Shown: positions 39,237 to 53,841 of the stretch, one piece after another
How the letters are laid out: the number at the start of each line of letters is the position of its first letter
Position numbering within the stretch: position 1 is the first letter of the stretch
Assembly (NCBI GenBank): GCA_013239625.1
Contig: MU054001.1
Coordinates: 5,815,078 to 5,879,077, forward strand
Reading direction: 5' to 3'
Origin: Lama guanicoe
Taxonomy: Eukaryota
DNA length: 64,000 bases
The notes under the pieces: model-generated
Database searches by the model: none
Seen by the model: only the letters and a program-made list of their open reading frames with translations
What the model was told of the DNA's origin: nothing
Position numbers and translations under genes: made by a program

Positions 39237-41198
39237 GTAACCTTGTCCAGGCCATGCGTGCCGGCTGCCTGCCAGACTGTTGGGGCCTGAGGTTGGGAGG
39301 TCAGCCCGATGCCCCACTAGCTCCTTGGCTAGAAACTGCCCTCTCCAAGATCTCCCTTTGAAATACAAAATTTCCATGGAGGGTGAATAGGAAGTCTTTC
39401 AAATTTAAGTGTGACTCAACCGATCATCTAAACTTGTTTTGTAATAACATGACCCAGAGGGGCATGCTGTATGTGTGCTGGTATTTGGAAGGACCAAGGA
39501 CAAGGGAAGGAGAGGGGAAGGCGACTAAACTAACATGTATTAAGTTCCTAGTGTGTGCCAAGCACTATCATGCATGTTTCAACCTCGTTATTCTGTGAAC
39601 TCACATCATCTGGCTTCTCTGTAAGAGCTGGCTTCCCTGCTCTGTCCACATCTAGTCTCTTCTCTAGTATCTATTAATATCTAGCAAGATATCATATATA
39701 TTAATGTCTAATAATAAGACACAGGATGTAGACATTGATTATATCTAATGATGGTTATATATAAAATAGATATTAGTATCTAATAGTAATCAATATTAAT
39801 ACTGATTGTTAATAATATGTGATAGCAATAGATATTAATATCTAATATCCACTATCTACTTCTGCTTTCTCCCTTGGTGATCACCTACAGTCCATCAGCT
39901 TTAGTTTTACAGCTTTATTTCCATCTCGATGCTATTGCTATTATCTCTAGCTTTCAAGTCTCTGAGCTCCAGACTCAACTGTCTATTTAATACCTCCTTT
40001 TCAATGCCTACCAAACATTTCAAACAAGACAAGACTGAAAAAGAACCCATTGCCCACATCTTCCCCATCTCAGGAGATGGCATCACCATCTTTCCAGTGG
40101 TCGAGGACCTAGAAGTCAAACCTGATTCTTTTCCTCTCCTCCCACTAATCCAGTCCATCAGTGAAGACTGTCAGCTCTACTTCAATATCTCTCCTGGACC
40201 CAGCCACCTCTCACTGGAGCCCTAGCCCCAGCCACCATCACGCCTTACCCAGCTCCTCTAAGAGCCTCCGTACCAGCCTCTCCACTTCCACTTTTACCCT
40301 CTTACAATCCGTTACACACAGTGGACAGAGAGATCTTTTTAAAACAGACCCCTTCAAGTCACTCTCCTGCTAAAAACCTTCACTGACTTTCCACTGCACT
40401 TAGGATAGAGTCTAGGTTTCCCCGAGCACCCTGTCCACATCTGACCTCTGACCTCTTCTCCCATTCATTCCCTCCACACCCAGCTATACTAGCCAACCTT
40501 GGTCTTGTCTCAGGACCTTTGCTCTTGCTGTTCCCATTGTGCGGAACCTCTAGATCCTCCTTCTTGTCATTCAGGTCTCAGCTGCAATGACACATGCTTT
40601 TAAGAAGCCTTCTCTGGCCAACCCTTCCAACATGACTGTAACCTCCAACTGTCTGTCATAGTAGCCAGTTTCATTTTACTTATGTCACATATCTCCTTCT
40701 GATATTACTTGTTTTCTTATTTATTCCATGATCTGTCTCTCCTCTCTAGAAATGTCAGCTTAATGGGAGTTCTTTTCTTCATTACTTGGTGTACAGAAGA
40801 GACTCAAATGACTACCTGATGGATGAATGAATGACTGAACGAATATATGTTGAATTCTGTGAGGCTGGTTTCATTACCCCCATTTTACAGATGAAGACAC
40901 CAAGGCACAAGGAGTCTAAGTGACTTGCTTAGGATCACAGAGTAGCATAGATGCAGATCTGGCATTTGGGTTTCTTGCCCGAGAGGACCATGTGTCCATG
41001 CGACTTCCTTCCTTTGAGCTTGTCCCATCCCACCTGTAGGGACCAACCTCAGAGCTCATCTGGAGCTTTGTTTGTCTGAGGGGCCTTGGGAGTGTGTGTG
41101 GGTATTTTGTTTTCTGTTTGTCATTTTGTGTTCAAACACAGACCCGCCCTGGGCGAGTCATCTGTCCCAGCGCCTGTCTGTCCTCTTTGGCTTTGCAG

Positions 41199-41270
41199 GG
41201 GACCATGCTAGGGGTCTGTGGCAAGATGGGGAGTGGCAAGAGCAGCCTGTTGTCAGCCATCCTGGGGGAG
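41199..41270 (+). CDS. ABCC11: ABCC11 coding exon 11 (72 nt), NBD1 Walker A
   Basis: GTMLGVCGKMGSGKSSLLSAILGE (GxxGxGKS); |gtgagt. Confidence 0.96.
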
Positions 41271-42842
41271 GTGAGTGTCTTGGGACCCTTGCGCATTCAC
41301 CCTTGGGCAGACCAGGGGCTCCCAATCTCCAGTTCCCCCAGGAAGTCACATCACCACTTTCTTCCCCGGCGGAGTCTCAACCAACAGAGTTTTTACGTAT
41401 TGAAAACAGTTGAGCACACACCGTGGTGTGGGGGTGAGTTATGAATGCGCTTCCTTCTCCCCTCTGGCTGGGAGTATTGCCTGTCCAGCACCTGGAGGTC
41501 TGGCCTCATCCGTCTCTGCTTTCCCTACTCTGTGCTGTCATCAACCAGCTACCAGGTGATGATCTCAAAGTTTAATATGATAATAAAAATCATCTCGTGA
41601 AGCCAAATTCGGAGTGGGACATGTGTCCCTTGCGAGGAAGCATCGGGAGTGAAACGTGGAGGGAGAAAGAAGGAGTGGGAGGGAGGGAGGGGATGAGGAG
41701 AGGAGGCCCTCGGATGGGATGGGACAGTCTCACTCGCACCCCAGCAGCAGAATTCACACCCTGCTGGGCGCCCCTGCCTTCGAGATCTGAACCTCCGACT
41801 GCATGGCCTGTGCAAGTTCTTGAGGTCTGCTTTGTCTGCAGGTGTGCAGACATGTGGCACATCCCCACCCCTTCTCTAGTTCCCCCCAAAATCAAGCCCA
41901 CTCCTCCCAAACATTTGAGGTCATATTGCACAGCTCTTAGGGAACATCACCATAAAACAGCTATAACATCTGGTATATGTGTATGGTCACCTCCCCATGT
42001 GGGTCTTGCCAGCCCTTCCCCACTCAGCTTCAGCCTTACCCAGTCCTGGGGCTCCTCTCTTTTCTCCTCCCTTCTTTGTCCGCCGTCTCTCCTTCCTGCA
42101 TGGTTGGGAGAATTCGCAGGTATCCATCCTTTACTGTGTTCCCCTCTCAGCTCTGCCTCCTGAGTGCCCACCACCACACTCATCACCTCCTTGGAATGTG
42201 GTCATGTTGTCCGCAGCAATTGTCTCCTAATACACCCATCTGATGGCTCATTTGTTTGTCCTCCACATGTAATGGTCTTTCCCCGACTTCTTTACAGCTG
42301 AGAAGAAGACTTCGTATTTTTTTAATAGTAAAAATAGTTTGCATAGTACTTGCATGCCAGGCCCTGTGCTCAGTGCTTCCCATTTTTCCCTTCAACCTAA
42401 AAACAATCCCCTGAGGAAGGCACAGACATGAAGGTCAGTTTACAGATGAGTAAATGAGGTTGAGAGAAGTGACTTGCCCATGGTGGCCAGCAGGTGAGGG
42501 GTGGAGCCAGGGCTGACACCCAGTTGGCACTTTGCTTCTCATCATAGCTACGTTTCCCGTTTCCTGGCAGTTTCCCTTCAAGGCCACCTTTTTCCGTGGC
42601 CAGGGGCTTGTCAGTTTCCTCTTCAAATGAACCAATCACTTGCCTTCCAATAAAGGAAAACAAAATGATGTCATTTTAAAGTTTTGTTCTTATTAATCAA
42701 AGCCTGGCTTCACATCAGCAGTAGGAAGTGCAGGATAAGAAGGAGGAAGAAGCACAGGATGATGAGGTCCTGTGCTTGGGGTCATGGGCATAAGAATTAT
42801 GGTCTTGATTGTTTTTAATGTGTGCTTTTAAATTTATCATAT

Positions 42843-42957
42843 GGCAGGGAGGGAACTAGCTCAGTGGTAGAGCATGTGCTTAGGCTGCACGAGGTGCGAA
42901 GTTCTGGATTCAATCCCCAGTATCTCCATTAAAATTTTTTTTAATAAAATAAAATTA
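42843..42957 (+). mobile_element. tRNA-derived SINE (Vic-1-like)
   Basis: A/B boxes; TSD TATCATAT. Confidence 0.8.
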
Positions 42958-43565
42958 ATGTATCATATAGAAAAGCAGGAAGACCACTAAAGACCCCTAT
43001 ACGCACCACTGAGATTCAACAGTTGATAACATTTGCATATTTGCCACATTTATGTAGAAACATATTTTCTAGAATTTGAAATTACAGAGATCATGACACC
43101 TTCCCCACTAAATACTTCATCATGCTGTCTGAAAAATAAGGGTTTTTCTACCTCATCACAGTGATGTTATCATGCCTAACAAATTAGTAATAATTCTGTG
43201 ATATCTAGAGATGATCAGAGATGGCCTGGAACTTTCCATCTCACAGTGAAGAGTAGGAAGGTGCTGCTTGCTGGGGGTTGGGGCTGGGGAAATAGAGAAG
43301 AAACAACGTGTGGGGTGTCTTCCTTGCAAACCTGGGATTCAACTGCAGCAGGAACAAGCCTGGCTCAGCTCCAACCACTGCTCCTGTTCTCAGGGTCTTT
43401 CCTCAGCTCACTGGTGGGCCTGGCAGGACCAGGTTAAGATCCCATTTACACTGGGGAGCCCCCAGGCTGCTGGGGCACAGTGGGGCCACGGGCACTGCGG
43501 CTACTGAGCCAGGCAGGGCCGGTCCCAGGTCCCCTGGTCCTGAGGCTGGACTCCTTCTGCGGCAG

Positions 43566-43690
43566 ATGCACTTGCTGGAGGGCTCGGTGGGGGTACACGG
43601 AAGCCTGGCCTATGTCCCCCAGCAGGCCTGGATCATCGCGGGGAGCATCCGGGAGAACATCCTTTTGGGAAGCCAGTATGATGAGGCCCG
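43566..43690 (+). CDS. ABCC11: ABCC11 coding exon 12 (125 nt), Q-loop
   Basis: [41 protein letters not shown](R); |gtaagc. Confidence 0.96.
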
Positions 43691-43784
43691 GTAAGCTTCC
43701 AGGAGGGGCAGAGCTGGACATGGGGGGTGTGGCCGGTTTGGGGAGGGTCCTCTAGCTGACTTGGCAACGGCTGACACAGTGTGC

Positions 43785-44279
43785 TGTTGACAAAAATAAT
43801 CGATAAACAACCAATGAGAAGACTAGAGAAGTGTTTTATGGGAGCTACACTGAGGACTAGCCCGCGAGCCTGCTTCCCAGATGACTCTGAGAAACTGCTC
43901 CAGAGAAGCAGGGTTTTCAGCAGTTTCATATCTTGTCAGCACAGAGACCATTAAACAAGTCCAGGATACACTTCTTTGAGGTTTCAGAAAAACAGACCAG
44001 CACATACACTAGGGCCTTGGCACCTACCTGGGAAAGGGTCTTATCGAGGGAGGGCCAGCATTGGTGTCCCAGGAAGAGGGGCGTTTCATCTTTATTTTTA
44101 ACACAGACATTCTTTACTTCTGGTCAGTGTGCCCTTTTCTTTCATAATTAACGTGGATGTACAATGAATGTTTGACAGGCCACAAACAGGCTGTTCTAGT
44201 GAGCATCAAATTCAAGTTAACTCATCTATAAGCCAGAATGACTTTCCCAGATCTCAATGTGTGAACATTTCTTTTATCA
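43785..44279 (-). mobile_element. Solo ERV1-type LTR (495 bp)
   Basis: TG...CA termini with exact 4-bp TSD GTGC (43781-43784/44280-44283). Confidence 0.8.
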
Positions 44280-45918
44280 GTGCTCACTCATATGCATCAC
44301 TGAATTTCCTTCTTGTTGGGAAAGAAAGATTATTATCATATCCATTTTCCAGACAAGTCAGCTAAGGCCTGAAAAGGTTAAATAATTTGCCCAAAGTCAC
44401 ACAGCTGGTAGGATATGATAGAGACAGAATTTGAACCCAGTTGCTTTCAGAAACTTCACACTTAACTGTGATGCTCTACTGGCTCAAAATAACCCTCCCC
44501 TTTCAAAAACATTCCTTTAAAACTTCATTTGTATGAATTAATTCCTGACCCCTAAATTAAGAGGTAAAACAAATGAAGTGATGAGGTTGTGCAATGTAGG
44601 GGACTGGAGTCTGAGTTTGGGTTCCTGGCCCGATGCCCACCTCCCATGCCCATCCCTGCTTGCCCTTTGCAGCCTCTCCCTCCCAGGGTCCTGGAGGGAA
44701 ACTTGCCTGAGACATGCACTTGGAAGCCATGAGTGAAGTCTGTGCAGTGGAGGGTTCAGGAAAACTGCCCTGAATGCTACAGCTGTGCTTCCAACCTTGG
44801 TGGACTCCGGCCTCCTTTGACTCTTTACATGGTTTTGCAATGGGCCCCCAGTAACATTGCTCAAGGGCACAGCTATGTGGGTGTATAAACTAGTCCTCTC
44901 TGGCCGGGTGTCCTGTAGTTTCTTTGATATCAGGTCCTCTACCAACTCATAAGTCCGCTGCTTGCCCAGCCCCCACCCCCGCTGCTTCTCTTCCCAAATT
45001 CCCAGTTCCGCTTCGTGGCATCACCCCCATCCCGCACCCCTGTGAGCCTGACGCCTTCCCTTCTTACCTCCCACATCTAATCGGTCAGCAACTCCGGACG
45101 ACTCAGCCACCTAAACAGCTCTTGTGTTTCCCTTCTCTTCTCCATCTCTGCTGCCGGTGCTGGTTCATGACCTCCTGCTTGAACTGTTCCTACTGCCCCT
45201 GCCCTTGGCTCCCTGTCTCCAGTCTTTGGTCTGTTCCATTCTGTATCCCGCCTCCAGGGCAGCAGTCCAAAAAGACGTCTTGTCACTGCTTAGCTTTCAG
45301 ACGGATACGACTGAAAGTGTAGTTTTGAAATATCCGCTGAAGATAAAAATGCTCCAACTTTTGACTTAGAAAATCCACTGTCAGGCATTGAATGCATAGA
45401 TAGTGTCACCCACAAACACCGATCCATGTACAAGAATATTTGTGTCGCATTGTTCATAGTAGCAAAAGACTAGGAACAACTCAAGCGTCCAGCACTAGGG
45501 CACTAGTTAAATGATTTATGGTGCATCCATGGGATGGAATACAGTGGTGCCATTAACACAGTGCAAATCTCTATATGCTGCACACATACATATGTCACTA
45601 GATTATTTCTGAATAAATAAAGAAACTCTGTTGGTGGCTGCTTCTGAGGAAAGCAACTGAGGGTCAAAGATGTGAGGGAGACTCACTTTCCACTGTTTCT
45701 TCTTTTTGTTCTGTTCAAATATTTACCAAGTACATTCATTAGATTGGAAGAAATGAAGGGAGGAAGGAACTGAAAAAGGCCTCCTGTAGCTTCCCATTAA
45801 ATGCAGGATCAAGGCTAAATTTCTTAGCATGGAATACAAGATCATTCCCCACCAAGCTTGGAAAGGCCGGAGGGCCTGTGGCCGGGCCACCCGTCCCTTT
45901 AGCTCTCTGTCCTTCCAG

Positions 45919-45991
45919 GTACCTCCGGGTGCTCCACTGCTGCTCCCTGAACCGTGACCTGGAAATCCTGCCCTTCGGAGACACGACAGAG
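45919..45991 (+). CDS. ABCC11: ABCC11 coding exon 13 (73 nt)
   Basis: [24 protein letters not shown]; |gtgagt. Confidence 0.96.
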
Positions 45992-47535
45992 GTGAGTGAG
46001 AGGCGAGCACCCCGCCAGCTCTGCTGTGACTGTTTCTTTGTCATGGTGTTCTGGGGTCCCCAGCCCATCTCCCTGGGTAGGTAGAGGAGGGACCCCAGCT
46101 CCTCCTTCCTAGAGCAGCTCGAGTTAGCTTTGCAGATTCTGCCTCAGAGCGTCTCCCACCGAGGGAGGGAAGTCGGGGGTCATCTGACCTTGGGAGCTGA
46201 CAAAGAGACTACCTTACCCCATGAGGATGGGGGGTGACCTCAAACTCCTTCTGAAGCAAGAGTGGAGACCCTCTGAAGATAAGAAACCTCCCATCCAGCC
46301 CCTGGGCCCCATCCACCCACCCTGCCCCTCTCTGGCCAGCACTTCCTTTGTCGATAGGAGTGGTAGCTGTGGCCCCGCAGTGGCAATTTGAGTTCTGACT
46401 GTTACATGTTCCTGATAACTCGCCTTCTCTCATGGCTGTAGCCACCCTTAATCCACACAAGACCTTTGTTAAGATCAAAGCAGTACTGTTGTCTTGATTT
46501 TATCATCAAACACTAGCCCAGTATTCAGTAAGGAACACCTGCTCTATTCACGGTACTCCTCTAGCAACTTGAATGCACTGTCTTAGGTGAGCCTCAGGTA
46601 ACCCTAGGAGGCCAGTTCTTTTATTATCCTTCCTTTAAAGACGGGAGTGTACACCCTCGAGGGCAGAGCGTGCAGTTGTCTCGTTCAGGGTCGTGTCTTC
46701 AGTAGGAAGTACACGGTCTGGTCTGGAAAGTGCATCAGTAACAGTAGTGACCTCATCAGGGTGATGTGAGGTTTAGGGGAGGTGATGCATACAAAGTGCT
46801 TTGAATAGTGCCCGGTGTCAAGCAGGTGTAGCTCTCATTAAAGGAACACAGTAGGCATTTATTAAGTCTCTGCTGAGTGAGTGACTAAAGTCGGGAAGCT
46901 GAGCTTTGCCCAGGCCAAGCTTATCCATGGTCACATGGTGGTGAGCTGGAGGCAGAGCAGTGACAAGAGGTCACCCTGCTGCTCTTTCAACTCTGCTTCC
47001 TCTCTGCAGGGATCTCTAGAATTCATGGTAGAACCCGGGTAGGACTTAGACCCCAGCTGCCTTGTCCTCAGAGCCTGACTGAGGGATGAGCAAGCTGGCA
47101 GCTGCCTGGGGTGCTAATCTGCTAGGCGACCCCAGACACGCTGCCCAGTAACTCTGTTTTTCCCCCTTGACTCCTGACATAAGGGGTGTCGTATAAGGGG
47201 GCCTTTCCTACGGCGGCCACGGCAGGGCTAGCCCAGCCATCACAGCTCTGCCCTGTCAAGTAGCTGCACATGGTACACATGGTCTTAGGTGGCAGCCCAT
47301 AACCCAGGCCCATGGTCTCGCCAGCAGTAGGGACAGTCACTGGAGATTTAAAACCTGAGTGAGATGTAAGAAGGTGCTGTTTTGGGGGAATAAATAATTT
47401 ATTTTATGAACTAAATTGTTAAAAGTGTAATATGTCTCCTGAGAAACTGAGATTGAGAAAAATTGTATCAAGTTGTGTATTACAAATTGCATTAGTGGAA
47501 AATCAGTTTTTCATATCCTACTGAGCAGGTTTTGA

Positions 47536-47967
<432 letters not shown>

Positions 47968-49152
47968 TGATTCAGTAACTGCCCCACTGCAGCCGCCCCT
48001 TCCGCTCAGACAGACCCAGGGATTCAAGGACTGTTGTGAAGCCCTTGATTTCCTCTGCTTTCCATGTGGAAAATATAGGCTGGTAAAAACTGAGAGCAAA
48101 TTTTAAGGTCTCCTGCATCTTCAAAATCGTAAGGGTGGGCCACTGCTTTTGAAGTTACAAAAAAATTTAAATGCAAACAAACAAAAAAATAACACATTTT
48201 CTTAGAGAACAAACCTTCCCCAAGTCTCCCCTTTTTTCCGTCAAGTGCACACTGTGTCTACTGCTGCCTCCCACAGGCCCTTCTCCTTAGATGGCTTCAT
48301 GCTTGTTTTTGGCCTCAAGACCCTATTATTATTTCTCCTTCTTCTTCTATTTTGGCTTTACTTTTTTTTTTTGGTATAAAATATTTAAGACATAAAAATG
48401 GGCTAGAAAATAGTCTAACGAAAGCCCACACATCTGCCACCCAGATGACACGTTCCCACATTGATGGCCCTCGGATTACGTTCCATTTCCGCCCTCCTGC
48501 CTCCCTCACTTTGCTGTTCATTGTTGCCTTTTAAAACATATGTGTGACTCTCCAGACAGGAGCAAGTGCCCTTTTGCACATTTTAAGACTTTATATAATT
48601 GGTATTTTACTTTTCGTATTCTTCAGTAATTTGCTTTTCTGCTCAACATTATATTTTCAAGAGCTTCCATGTTGATACGTGGAATGTCATTTCATTGTCA
48701 CTGGTCTACTGTTCCAATATCTGAATATTCCAGAATTTATTTCTCCAGGATGGACAGTTAGGTTGTTTCACAGTTTTCACTTTTACCAAAAAAATGCTCC
48801 AGTGCACATCCTGTGTTTCGATGCACGTGTCTGAGAGGTTTTTTCTTAGGGTAGCGTTTCAGGAGTGAATTGGCTGGTTCATAACTCTTCAAAAATCTTT
48901 AATTTTACTAGATATTGTCAGCTTGTTTTCCAAAGTAGTACCAATCTACAGCCCCCTAGCCCCAGTATTATATGGGTTCCCTTCACCTCCAGTCATTACC
49001 GACACTTGGGGTTGTCCAGTGTTCACATTTTTACCAGACTGGCGGGATAAAACATTTTATCATGATTTAAATTTGTGTCTTTCCTTTGAATAGTGAGGTA
49101 GAAACATCTTTTTGTATGTTTACTGAAGACCTTATCTCTTCTGACTTTTCAG

Positions 49153-49287
49153 TATTTAGAGTTCTGTGATCAGATCATTTTGCTAGAAGATGGGAAAATC
49201 TGCGAAAAAGGAGCTCACAGTGAGTTGATACAGAACCAGGGGCAATATGCCCAACTCATCCAGAAGATGAAAGCGGAGGCCACACAG
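49153..49287 (+). CDS. ABCC11: ABCC11 coding exon 15 (135 nt)
   Basis: [45 protein letters not shown]; manual translation; AG/GT flanks. Confidence 0.95.
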
Positions 49288-49365
49288 GTGATTTCCGCCC
49301 CGCCCCTTGCTCACTCCTGATGGGAAGGGGCACCCCTGCATTCCCGGCGTGTGCTCTCTCCCCAG

Positions 49366-49462
49366 GGCACGCTGCTGGGCGTAGCTAAGGCAGCCGAAGA
49401 GTCTCAGGTGGAAGGTCAGGCCCAGACCACTTGCCAGGAAGAGCCTCTCAATGAAAATGCTG
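49366..49462 (+). CDS. ABCC11: ABCC11 coding exon 16 (97 nt), linker
   Basis: GTLLGVAKAAEESQVEGQAQTTCQEEPLNENA after a 78-nt intron; phase fits both neighbours. Confidence 0.9.
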
Positions 49463-49551
49463 GTAATGATGCCGGGAATAGGATAAGAACCTCTTCCGGC
49501 CTGCCTGCCTGCCCTCCAGAGGCCCTGACCTTTCCCCCTGCACCCTAGACC

Positions 49552-49675
49552 GGACCATGTCCTCGCCAAACAGGATCCCAGACATTACACATACAGGTTA
49601 CAGATCCCAGTAGTTGACTGGATCATGTCCTTGTCAAACAGGATCCCAAACATTACACATACAGATTACAGATCC
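49552..49675. repeat. Tandem duplication, 68-bp period, about 1.8 copies
   Basis: CATGTCCT.G.CAAACAGGATCCCA.ACATTACACATACAG.TTACAGATCC starts at 49556 and 49624. Confidence 0.9.
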
Positions 49676-50338
49676 TATACCCACAGGGTATGGACAGTGC
49701 TGGTCATGAGGCCTGAAGCATCCAGGAAGTGAGTGTTGTTGGGGGAACAGCTGAGGGTGTGCAGAGGCAGAGACAGGATGGGGATAGCTTTGGCCTCGAG
49801 TGGCTCAAATGTAAAACTTTTCAAGGCATTGGGACATTCATTCATTATACATTTGTTGACAGCAAATGTATTGGAAATCAGAAATGGTCTAGGCCCAGTC
49901 TTGGACATCCAGAAGCTTGTGGCTTTGCTCTTTTCTGAGACAGAGTAGCAGAACAGACAGACTTCCATTTCTGAAGTAAGACAAATTCTGGATTTGAATT
50001 CCAGCTCTGCTGTGCACAAAGCTGTGTGAGCTTGGCCAAACAGCTTAAACTCTCTGAGCCCTCATTGGCAAAAGTGGAGATAACAGTGCTTACTTTGTAG
50101 GGTTGTAGTGGAGATTAGATAGGGTCAGGTGGAGGGAAGCCCTCAGCACAGGTTCCTGTCACCAGTAGAGTCTTCAGCTGCAGAGATCAGAAACTGATTT
50201 GGGCAGAAAAATAATTTATTGGCAGGAAAGAGTGTAGATGACAGAATGAAAGGAAAAGTTGAAGAACCAGGCCTCAGCAATTTTGGGGTCTAAGTAGCGG
50301 GAACAGGTGCAGAATCCTTTTGAAGAAAACCTACTCCA

Positions 50339-50500
50339 GGGAGAGGGAGGGTATAGCTCAATGGCAAGAGTGCATGCCTAGCATGCGCAGGGTCCTGGGT
50401 TCAATCCCCAGTATCTCCATTAAAAAATAAAATAAATAAGCTTAATTACCTGTCCCCAACAAAATTTAAATAAAATAAAAATAAATAAATTAAAAAAACC
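50339..50500 (+). mobile_element. tRNA-derived SINE (Vic-1-like)
   Basis: A/B boxes; TSD CCTACTCCA. Confidence 0.84.
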
Positions 50501-51166
50501 CCCTACTCCAATCGTTTTCCATTCTGGTATAATTCCCCTAAAGAGTCAAATTCCATAAGGCAAGCCCTGTTCCCTAGGAAAAACTGGGGTGTTGCTATTA
50601 GAGGAAGGAAGAGTGTCAGGTAGAAACAACAGGCATCCCCCACAGTGCTGTTTCCTGTTATTGTTGTGGCTGTGATTGTCATCAGCACCATCTACTGATA
50701 TCTCTAGATACTGGTCCCTCTGCTCTGCTCTAGGTCAAAAGTCTGCCTGGGCTGGTGTCACAACTGTTTCTTGAGGAGTTGTCAGATGAGGAAACAGAGG
50801 GTTAAGTGGTTTGCCTGAAGTTGCACAGTATTGTGACGACAATTCTTGAACCCAGGTTTTCTGTCCCCAAGTCATTGCTTTCTTCATTTTCTCTTGCCAT
50901 CTTTCTCCACCCATCAAGCTCTTGAGAACACTAGGTCCTCCAGAGTCAATGAATGGCTAGGGATAGATCCCCTTTCTAGACTCTGGAATCCAGGCAAAGG
51001 TTACCTTCAGTAGTCTTCCATGGAAAATCTGCTGGTTTGAGTCAGACTTGGGTGAGGCACTGGGTGGAAGCCAGGGCAGAGGGCTTTGCAAGACTCCTTT
51101 TGACCTGGGAAGGAGATACAGGCGATTGGGAGGCATGCTGTTTCATTCTTCTTCTCCCTGAGCCAG

Positions 51167-51256
51167 GGCTGGAAGATCAGCTCACCAGGAAGGAGAAGAT
51201 GGAAGAAGGGTCCCTGAAATGGAGTGTCTACCACCACTACATCCAGGCAGCTGGAG
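51167..51256 (+). CDS. ABCC11: ABCC11 coding exon 17 (90 nt)
   Basis: (G)[29 protein letters not shown]; |gtatgg. Confidence 0.94.
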
Positions 51257-51457
51257 GTATGGTGAGGCCAGCTGCTCCCGGCCAGGCCAGGACCCTCTCT
51301 CAGACCAGCCCTGCCCCTGCAAGGTCTTGTGAGGCAGAGGGGTGCAGAAGAGTCATGCCATTCATGAGTGTAACATGCACAGTTTCACCCAACAGTACTC
51401 AGTTATGGTAACCCTACCACCATAGTCAATGTTGCAAGTTAGATTTTCACGGGTACT

Positions 51458-52000
51458 TGTACTAAAAGGTACCTGGCATTAAAAAAAATCAAATATGGTG
51501 AGACCTACAACATGTAAATTACTTTCACCAAGGGAAACATTTATACTCACAGGTCCCTTGAAATAGGCGTGGCAAGCCATGCAGAGCCACATGGGGAAGC
51601 ACCAGGGTCCATCAGGAGGCAAAAGCGGGAGAAGGGAGACCATGGTTCAGAGCCTTTATTGGGTCTTTTTGTGGGAAGAATTGGGGGAAGCAGGATAGGG
51701 GTGCTGAGTAAGCTTGGGGTTGGATGGTTTGAATGATTTTGGGGGGCTCTGGGCTATAGCGGTGGTCCTAGTTGTCTAATACTTGGTCTTGGGGTGATTT
51801 GGGCGGGAGGAATATTGGTTTGATGAAAAGACATGGTTGGGAGTGTGAGCTTTGGACTGGTTGGTTTGTATATCAAAGATGTGCCCACAGGGAGTCATTT
51901 GCTGTCTCTAGGAATTAGCCAGCCCTAAGAGGAGCAGGCTCTCCATGATTAAGACCCCAAAGGACACCTCAGTAAGAATACAGAAAGTAAGAAAATATAA
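51458..52000. mobile_element. Old ERVL-like LTR (family uncertain)
   Basis: TG start, tttatt signals, composition typical of MER74-like LTRs. Confidence 0.4.
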
Positions 52001-53429
52001 TCCATATATTTTCTTGAAATAAAGAGTGCTAACAGTCCTCTTTATTTCAGTGTTTTTCAAACTGTAGGTCCTTACCCACTGGTGGGTTCTGAAATCAATT
52101 GAGTGAATTGTAAGTATCAATGAGAATAGAAATGAGAATAGAATAGAAAATATTTACATGCATTGCAAAGGTAACATTGGTGAAGCTTTCATTTTGATAT
52201 ATATTAAACTGTATTTCTGAAGGTGGATGGTGATTAGAAGTTTCCTTTTATTAAATGGTGAACACTACCAAATCCACACGCATATAACTGTACAATGGTG
52301 TACACACAAAACCAAGAACATGATCCTGTACTTTTTGAGTAATTTAAATTTTGAGAGTCATTGTGACTCCACACCGACTCTTTACTCTTCACTGACTTTG
52401 GATCCTAACCCCAGGCCAGATGTGTCTTCTCTCTAGCTGTCTAGGGGATGAAAAGGTAGACTGTGCAGAGGAGATCGCCACTCCCACTGTCACCACCATG
52501 GGCATCCCTGTAGGGCCTGGCCAGAGCAGGGGAACAGCAAATATTTGTGAACTGCATGAATGAATCAAGAAAACAATTGATGGGTATTTACAAAGTACCT
52601 ATTGTGGATCAGGCTCTGTGCCAGCCTCTGGAGGGGTGGGTGTATAGAATCTAAGAGCCCATCCTGGAATCTGGCTGAAGAATGATAATATGTGTGTCCA
52701 GTAGCAGCGAGAGACATCCCTCTGACCAGGTATAGTCTCAGATGCCATCAAAGAGAGGTGGTCCTTGAGTAGAGCTTAAGGAAGGGTGGAATTCAGGAAA
52801 AGGAATGTGGGCATGGGAGTGGGTCGGTGGACAGAGTGCCGGGGCAAGAGGTAGATGCTAAAGGAGGGGCTATACCCTGGGTTTTCCCATCCTTGGCTTC
52901 ACCACTCACCCGCTCTGTGACTGTGCGCAAGTTACATCCTCTCTTGGAGACTCAGTGGATGGGAATAGGAATTCCAAATTCAGAGATGATGCATGTATTT
53001 AGTACTATGCCTGGCACATGGTACACAGTAGTACATACCACGTAAAAAGGAGCTGTTGTTATTTTGAACACTGAACCCTCAGGACCTGCGTAAGGGGAAC
53101 TGACTTCTCTACCAGGCACTGGGCTGGGTGCTTGACACACATTATCTTGTGTCATCCTCAGAGTGGCCCCATGAGGCTGGCAGGACTACCATGACTATTT
53201 CATAGGCAAGGAGGTGGCGTGTCACTGACATTTGGTACCTTGCCCAGGCTCAAATTGCTTTTAAGTAGTAGAGCCAGGGTATGAACCCAGGGCTTTCTAA
53301 CCTCGGAACCCAGCTCTTTCCAGTCGTCTAAGGTGTCCAAAAGGGATAGGAGTCAGGGAGATCCAAGGGCCTGGGATGGCCATGCACCTTCTTATGGCAC
53401 CTGTGTGTTACCCCCTTCTCCCTCCCCAG

Positions 53430-53533
53430 GTTACCTGGTCTCTGCCATGGTTTTCCTTCTCTCAGTGGTGATGATCTTCCTCATAATATTCAACATGTGG
53501 TGGTTGAGCCATTGGTTGGAGCAGGGCTCAGGG
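53430..53533 (+). CDS. ABCC11: ABCC11 coding exon 18 (104 nt), start of TMD2
   Basis: (G)YLVSAMVFLLSVVMIFLIIFNMWWLSHWLEQGSG; |gtgagt. Confidence 0.95.
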
Positions 53534-53841
53534 GTGAGTGCCATGGGGGACTGGGGTGCATTTCTGTGGGCTTGTGTGGAGTTGGGTTGCTTCCTACTCC
53601 TCAGGGCCCCTCAAGCACGGGTTAGGGAAGCCCATGGCAAGCCCAGTGCCTGCCTTTGCCAAGTGGACAAATGGAGCTCTAGAGGGAACCAGAACTCTGG
53701 GGCTCCCTCCCGTCTGGCCACCTGTGTTCACAGAGCGGCCACCTAGGCAGTCTCGCTGGAGCAAAACCAAACAGCTCCCCAAGAATGCTTTACAGTCCAC
53801 CTAAGTGACTTTCCTTCAGCAGGAGTTTTGCCTCCTCGTTC

